Part shown: positions 59,249 to 64,000 of the stretch, in pieces
Layout: every line of letters starts with the position of its first letter
Position numbering within the stretch: position 1 is the first letter of the stretch
Origin: Amoebidium appalachense
Lineage: Eukaryota > Protista > Ichthyosporea
Assembly (NCBI GenBank): GCA_963693365.1
Contig: CAVNZM010000001.1
Coordinates: 17,718,783-17,782,782 of the forward strand
DNA length: 64,000 nucleotides
Direction of reading: 5' to 3'
The notes under the pieces: model-generated
Database searches by the model: none
What the model was told of the DNA's origin: nothing
What the model saw: the letters and a program-made list of their open reading frames with translations, nothing else
Position numbers and translations under genes: made by a program

Positions 59249-59303
<55 letters not shown>

Positions 59304-59919
59304 ACACAAACACAAACACACGTACACAGCTGAACGTGTGTCTGTGTGTGTGCTGTGTATGTGTTGACGTCACACCGTGTATATGCGCGTGCATATTCGT
59401 GTGTATGTGTGAGAGGGGTACCGACGTCGAGCTTTTAAGTGGATGTGTGGACGCGAAGGGCCCCAACTGTTTGAGTACTAACGAATAAATATCACCCATC
59501 TTTCAAGCATCACACTTGTACATATGCCCTTGGCAACCCAATAGGCTTCGGGCAGAACTCCGAGAAATAGCCTGGTTAGAGGGTGAATGTGTTTGTGTGC
59601 GTGTTTGTGGGTGTGTTTTCTCTGAAGCCGCCTTGCACAAACAGCCTTAGCCTCATGCGCCTGGGCTGATCGGCCGGTCGCGCTCTCCATTCTTGAATAG
59701 CATCACCTGTTCCCTTGTTTCTATTTGTAATGTTTGCTTTAAAAGATAACCTCGAAGTGTTAATGTGCAAGACCGCTGTGTTTCGAGGGGCAAAAAAAAA
59801 AAAAAAAAAAAAAAAAGATCCTTTTACAACGGCAGGCCGTTGAAGGCTTTGCGTTGCGCAAAAGTTGGCGCATGTCGCTTCGTGACACGTAGCAAATTGC
59901 AGCGGAATATTTGGTCCCA

Positions 59920-60056
59920 TTTGATTGGTGTATGCATTGCATTATACGGGGCTGTCCAAAAGCAATCAGTGTGACAGTGTGAGTCGATTGGTTGATGGGG
60001 AAATTTGACTTTTAAAAGCTGATTGGTTCGTGTGCAGATCTTATTTCCTATTGGGC
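59920..60056 (+). promoter_or_regulatory. Cluster of four reverse CCAAT boxes (possible promoter, transcript not resolved)
   Basis: ATTGG at 59924, 59987, 60022 and 60050. A donor-like AAG|GTATGA at 60242. Confidence 0.35.
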
Positions 60057-61298
60057 TCCCTGACAATCCCTGCACCGGTTGGGCAAGGGCGAGCGGCCTG
60101 GGGGATCCTCCGCGCAGGGGAATGCAGGAAGCTAGGCTAAAAATAAACATGTAAACAAACAGAGCACCATAGCACACAAGATAGCACAGCCGGGATTCTC
60201 CAGGCGGAGCTTGCGAAGCGAGGTGGGAAACTACTTGCAAGGTATGATATGTCATGAATTATAGTTTTTTTGGTCGTCGGGGAGCTTTCCAAGTGACTGC
60301 CAGTCCTTAGCCTCTAGTCGTATGGCAATGATGCATTCTGTAATAATTGTGTTTTTCTGTGTGTCCTGCCACAACTAGGCCACCTTATCAGAGCTAGATG
60401 CGATTTCTCCGGGTTATCTAGGGGCCGGGCCCGTTGGGATTGTTTTTTAGCTCAGATTTGGTCTGCTTGCTGTGCCTCGGTAGGTTTTGAGGGGGGCCTG
60501 TTGGGAAGCAGCAGTAATGATGTCTTCTTGCAGAGTGTGGTCTGGTCAACATCGATGCATATGACTAGTTGGAGCAAACTAGTTTCACGCATACACGTAC
60601 ACTTAAGGTTTTGCCCGCTGGTGTCCTAAGTTTGTCACTTGTCGCTTTATTTTTATTTCTTAGCTTTGGCTTTTTCAGTTCTATTGGTGGTTATGTAGCC
60701 TGTGGCTGCACGTTGCCTTCATCAACGGATCAATAAAACCGAGTCAAAAGAAAAAAGAAAAAATTTCGAATGCTGGAGGCAAGAATGATGCCCGGGATTC
60801 GCAGATTCCAACCGTGAAATCGATCGGCTGATAAGTGCTTCATTCCAATTTGCTGAGATCTATACGGGGATTCATATTACGTAACTGTCTTGAAAGAAAT
60901 CCCGCCGCGGTTGGCAAAATCGACACAAATCACGCCGTTCATAACACGTGCGGACACATAGGAACACGCCGTTTTTTTTTTTTTTAAGAACACAAAGAAA
61001 GACATATGTACATGTGCCTGGTGCATTTTTGCCCACTTTGACCGCCTTTAATGATTTTTGTCTATTTTTCAAAGCTGGTCGATTTCGGCCTGGGGTTAAA
61101 TTCATACAGATGGCCCACTTATGTGACCAGAAACCAAGCAAATATTTAATACTATTACTATTATTAGGCTAAGTTATCATATGGTAAATATGTAGTAAGC
61201 AATCACATGTGTGCCAGAGGTTCCAATCCATCCCCCCCCCCCCCCCCCCCCTCTCCCCTCCATCCCTCCCTCCCTCCCTCCCTCCCCCCTCCTCCCCC

Positions 61299-61334
<36 letters not shown>

Positions 61335-62027
61335 CAAGCCGCCCTCCCCCCCCCCCCCCCCCAACAAGCCCGCTCCCCCCCCCCCCCCCCCCCCCCAACC
61401 ACCACCACCACCACCACCACATACCCGGGTCCTCTCTCCATTAGATTATTATTCCGTGGCCGAAAGGCCCTTTTGAAAGGTCCTTTTGTTTACCTGTACC
61501 GGCCGTACGGGCTGCGGAGTCGACGTCACCTTCGGAGACTCAAAAATACATACCTAAAACTGAGACCCATTAATACATGTCAGTGAAGTTGAAGAGAGAA
61601 TGTTTTGTTTTATTCTTGCCATGGGGGTGGGGGGGGGGGGGGGGGGGGAGGGGGGAGGGGGGGAGGGGGGGGGGGGGGGGGGGGGAGGGATTCATACACA
61701 CCAATACAAGCAGTAGTAAGTCAATCGTTAATTTTAGCAGTGAGGTTTGAATTTAACAGTGGTTGGTTCAGTCTGGGATGTGGGGGGATATTCCACTGGG
61801 TCCCAGCTGCCCCTGAAATAACACTGTACATGTAGTTGACTGTTGCAAGGTTTTATTTGTGGAATTTATTGACATAAATATTTTTCTGGGTAAACACGTA
61901 GGATGGGTGTCCAATATCAACATATCCATGTAAGCTTCGTTTCGTGTTTTAGCAGTTCGCGTTCGGCTGCCCGCATACGGGCACCTATTAGCGATCAAAA
62001 CGTCAGATTCCACAGATCACTAGGCCG

Positions 62028-62110
62028 AGTTTGATTGGCTCAGGATCAGATTTCATATAACACTAGATCGATTTTGATTGGCTCAGATCGGTAGCCTTAG
62101 GTATATAAGC
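62028..62110 (+). promoter_or_regulatory. Possible promoter: duplicated TTTGATTGGCTCAG plus TATA
   Basis: 14-bp direct repeat at about 62030 and 62073, and TATATAA at 62102. The downstream gene could not be modelled. Confidence 0.4.
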
Positions 62111-62516
62111 ACGACAGTTTTTAGCAGATCAGCAAGCAACAGACACGTCTTCTGTGTCTAGCACCTACAGCTTTACAGCTATATTTTTCTTTTCACCCAC
62201 CCACCTACTCCCAACACTCAACCCCCATTGATCCACACATACGTGCTGTTTTTTCACAAGGCGAAGACTTCCCCCGTTTTTTGGGCACAAGGACCTCACG
62301 GATCAATAAATTGATGACCGGGGGCTTGCCGTGGTTTACAACCATTGCAGGTTCACTTTCGTCCAAGGGGATGTCCCCCTAGAGGCAACACACGTCCCGG
62401 AGTAGTTTTTCATAGACACAAACGAACATATGCCGCACATATTCAATGGGCGTCGTTGTAGGTTGCCAGTATTGGAAACTGCTCTTTTTGCTGCTGCTGG
62501 CTGCTCCCCCCCCCCC

Positions 62517-62547
<31 letters not shown>

Positions 62548-63288
62548 ACACCGCCACCCAATCACGTCAACACCACCACCACCAATCACCAGCACTACCA
62601 GGCGGGAAGAAAAAAAAAGGAATTTTGTAGTTTATCCCAGAGAGTCAGCTGGTGAAAATGCAAAGGTGCATTTGGATGTTTGGGTTGGTACTCGAGGCAG
62701 AGAGAGACCAGTTTCAGGTACATGGGGGAGGTTTGTTCGGTATATCCTCTCAGCGTTATATCATGATCAGGTAAATACAACTGACAAAAAATCGACGTAT
62801 TCATTTTCTACTGGTAAAGCCCCCAGAACATGAGCCAAATTATTTTCTTGGTCGACTTGGTCGCAAGCTGAGTGTCTGTAAGCAAATATATATACCTCGC
62901 CATTGAATGCCTCCACGAACCAAAATATATAAAATCATTCAGACTTCAGTAGATACTTTTTTTTTTTAATTTTTAATTTTTTTTAAAAAAGGGGGGTGAA
63001 TGTTTCGTTATATGTACGTTACTAGAAATTCTGGCTACGTGTACATGTTATTTACGGTATTAATAATGCACGAAATTACCAGGAACAGGCAGTACCGGTG
63101 TTCAAACATAAGCCAACCCACCCAATCCAAGTTGGCAAAAAGCTTATGGAGAGAGCCCACATCATTCCCCCAGGCCCCAATCACATTACATGCAAATAAT
63201 ATGTCGAGCATAAAAATTACCATGCTGTTCTATTTTAAGCCATATATTTACAACCATGCCCTCCCTTACATGATAATCTTCAATACAA

Positions 63289-63647
63289 TTACACATGAAG
63301 TGGCCCTGACGCCAAATGTGACGACGTCTTGCCTTTAAAACTTCCCGCCATCTTCTTATGACTGCCTAAAAAGGAAAGAGTAGGTGCGGAGCTAATCACC
63401 ACCGAATCAGATTCCGCCGAGTCGGTGCGTGGCATCGAGTGTAGTGATTGGCTCATAATTGCTTGCTGGCGCAATCCAGCCAATCGAAACGAAGAAGTCC
63501 TGGGAACGGATTTAACGGATTTTGGGGTATCCTGTTCTGGGAGATGCAATATGCTCCGGCTGCCAAATCGGGAGGCAAGGGAGATGGAGCTGACTTGGTG
63601 GTCGTGGGCGTTGTTCAGTCGGATCATCTGCTCGCGCATGAGGGACA

Positions 63648-63648
<1 letters not shown>
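63289..63648 (-). CDS. Probable coding exon (Ser-rich, unknown protein), possibly the last exon of a gene starting beyond the window
   Basis: 119 open codons of complex sequence (MSLMREQMIRLNNAHDHQ...SGPLHV*) directly after a sense-strand (CA)n array, the same context as acceptors in the SNF2 gene. No AG at the junction as assembled. Confidence 0.4.
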
Positions 63649-63727
<79 letters not shown>

Positions 63728-63862
63728 ATGGACAGACACACAGTGGATGGAGAAGCAGGGAGCAAGCATTGATCAGTAAGTAGGTAGTGGACGCTCTCTA
63801 TAGGCAGGCAGTACACCCAGGCCATTCTCAGCCTCAGCAGCTCACTCGCTAAACGTCCTATA

Positions 63863-63901
<39 letters not shown>

Positions 63902-64000
63902 AAAAAAAAAAAAAAGAACAAGAAGAAGAAGAAGAAGAAGAAGAAGAAGGAGGAGGAGGAGGAGGAGGAGGAAAAAGAACAAGGAAAAGAGAAATAAAGA

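Noticed and set aside
62290-63230. Gene models downstream of the 62.1-kb promoter-like motif, on either strand
   Set aside because: Several short exon-like stretches, but no frame-consistent model or recognisable domain.

Overview
Eukaryotic genomic DNA. The gene content and the animal-like tRNA body suggest a unicellular opisthokont/holozoan, but this is inference only. The left 37 kb holds the 5' end of an unknown minus-strand gene, a 7-exon CFAP20/BUG22 gene (minus, one GC-AG intron) and, head-to-head with it, a ~37-exon SNF2/BRG1 (SMARCA2/4-type) remodeller gene. Its introns are full of (CA)n, poly-G and poly-C, and one intron carries two tRNA-Asn(GTT) genes. The right 27 kb is repeat-rich. 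It contains an inverted pair of intronless GPI/mucin-like surface-protein genes, two minisatellite families, a 5'-truncated LINE inserted into a satellite (7-bp TSD), an intronless secreted bulb-lectin gene, and a 3.6-kb non-autonomous LTR element (480-bp LTRs that look identical, 5-bp TSD, tRNA-Arg PBS). The best leads are microsatellite/homopolymer-structured introns and a sense-oriented intronic repeat family shared by both genes. The 3' end of that repeat resembles the Nanopore adapter, so an artefact must be excluded first. Most ORFs in the supplied track are microsatellite artefacts. All exon models were assembled by hand and homopolymer lengths are unreliable.
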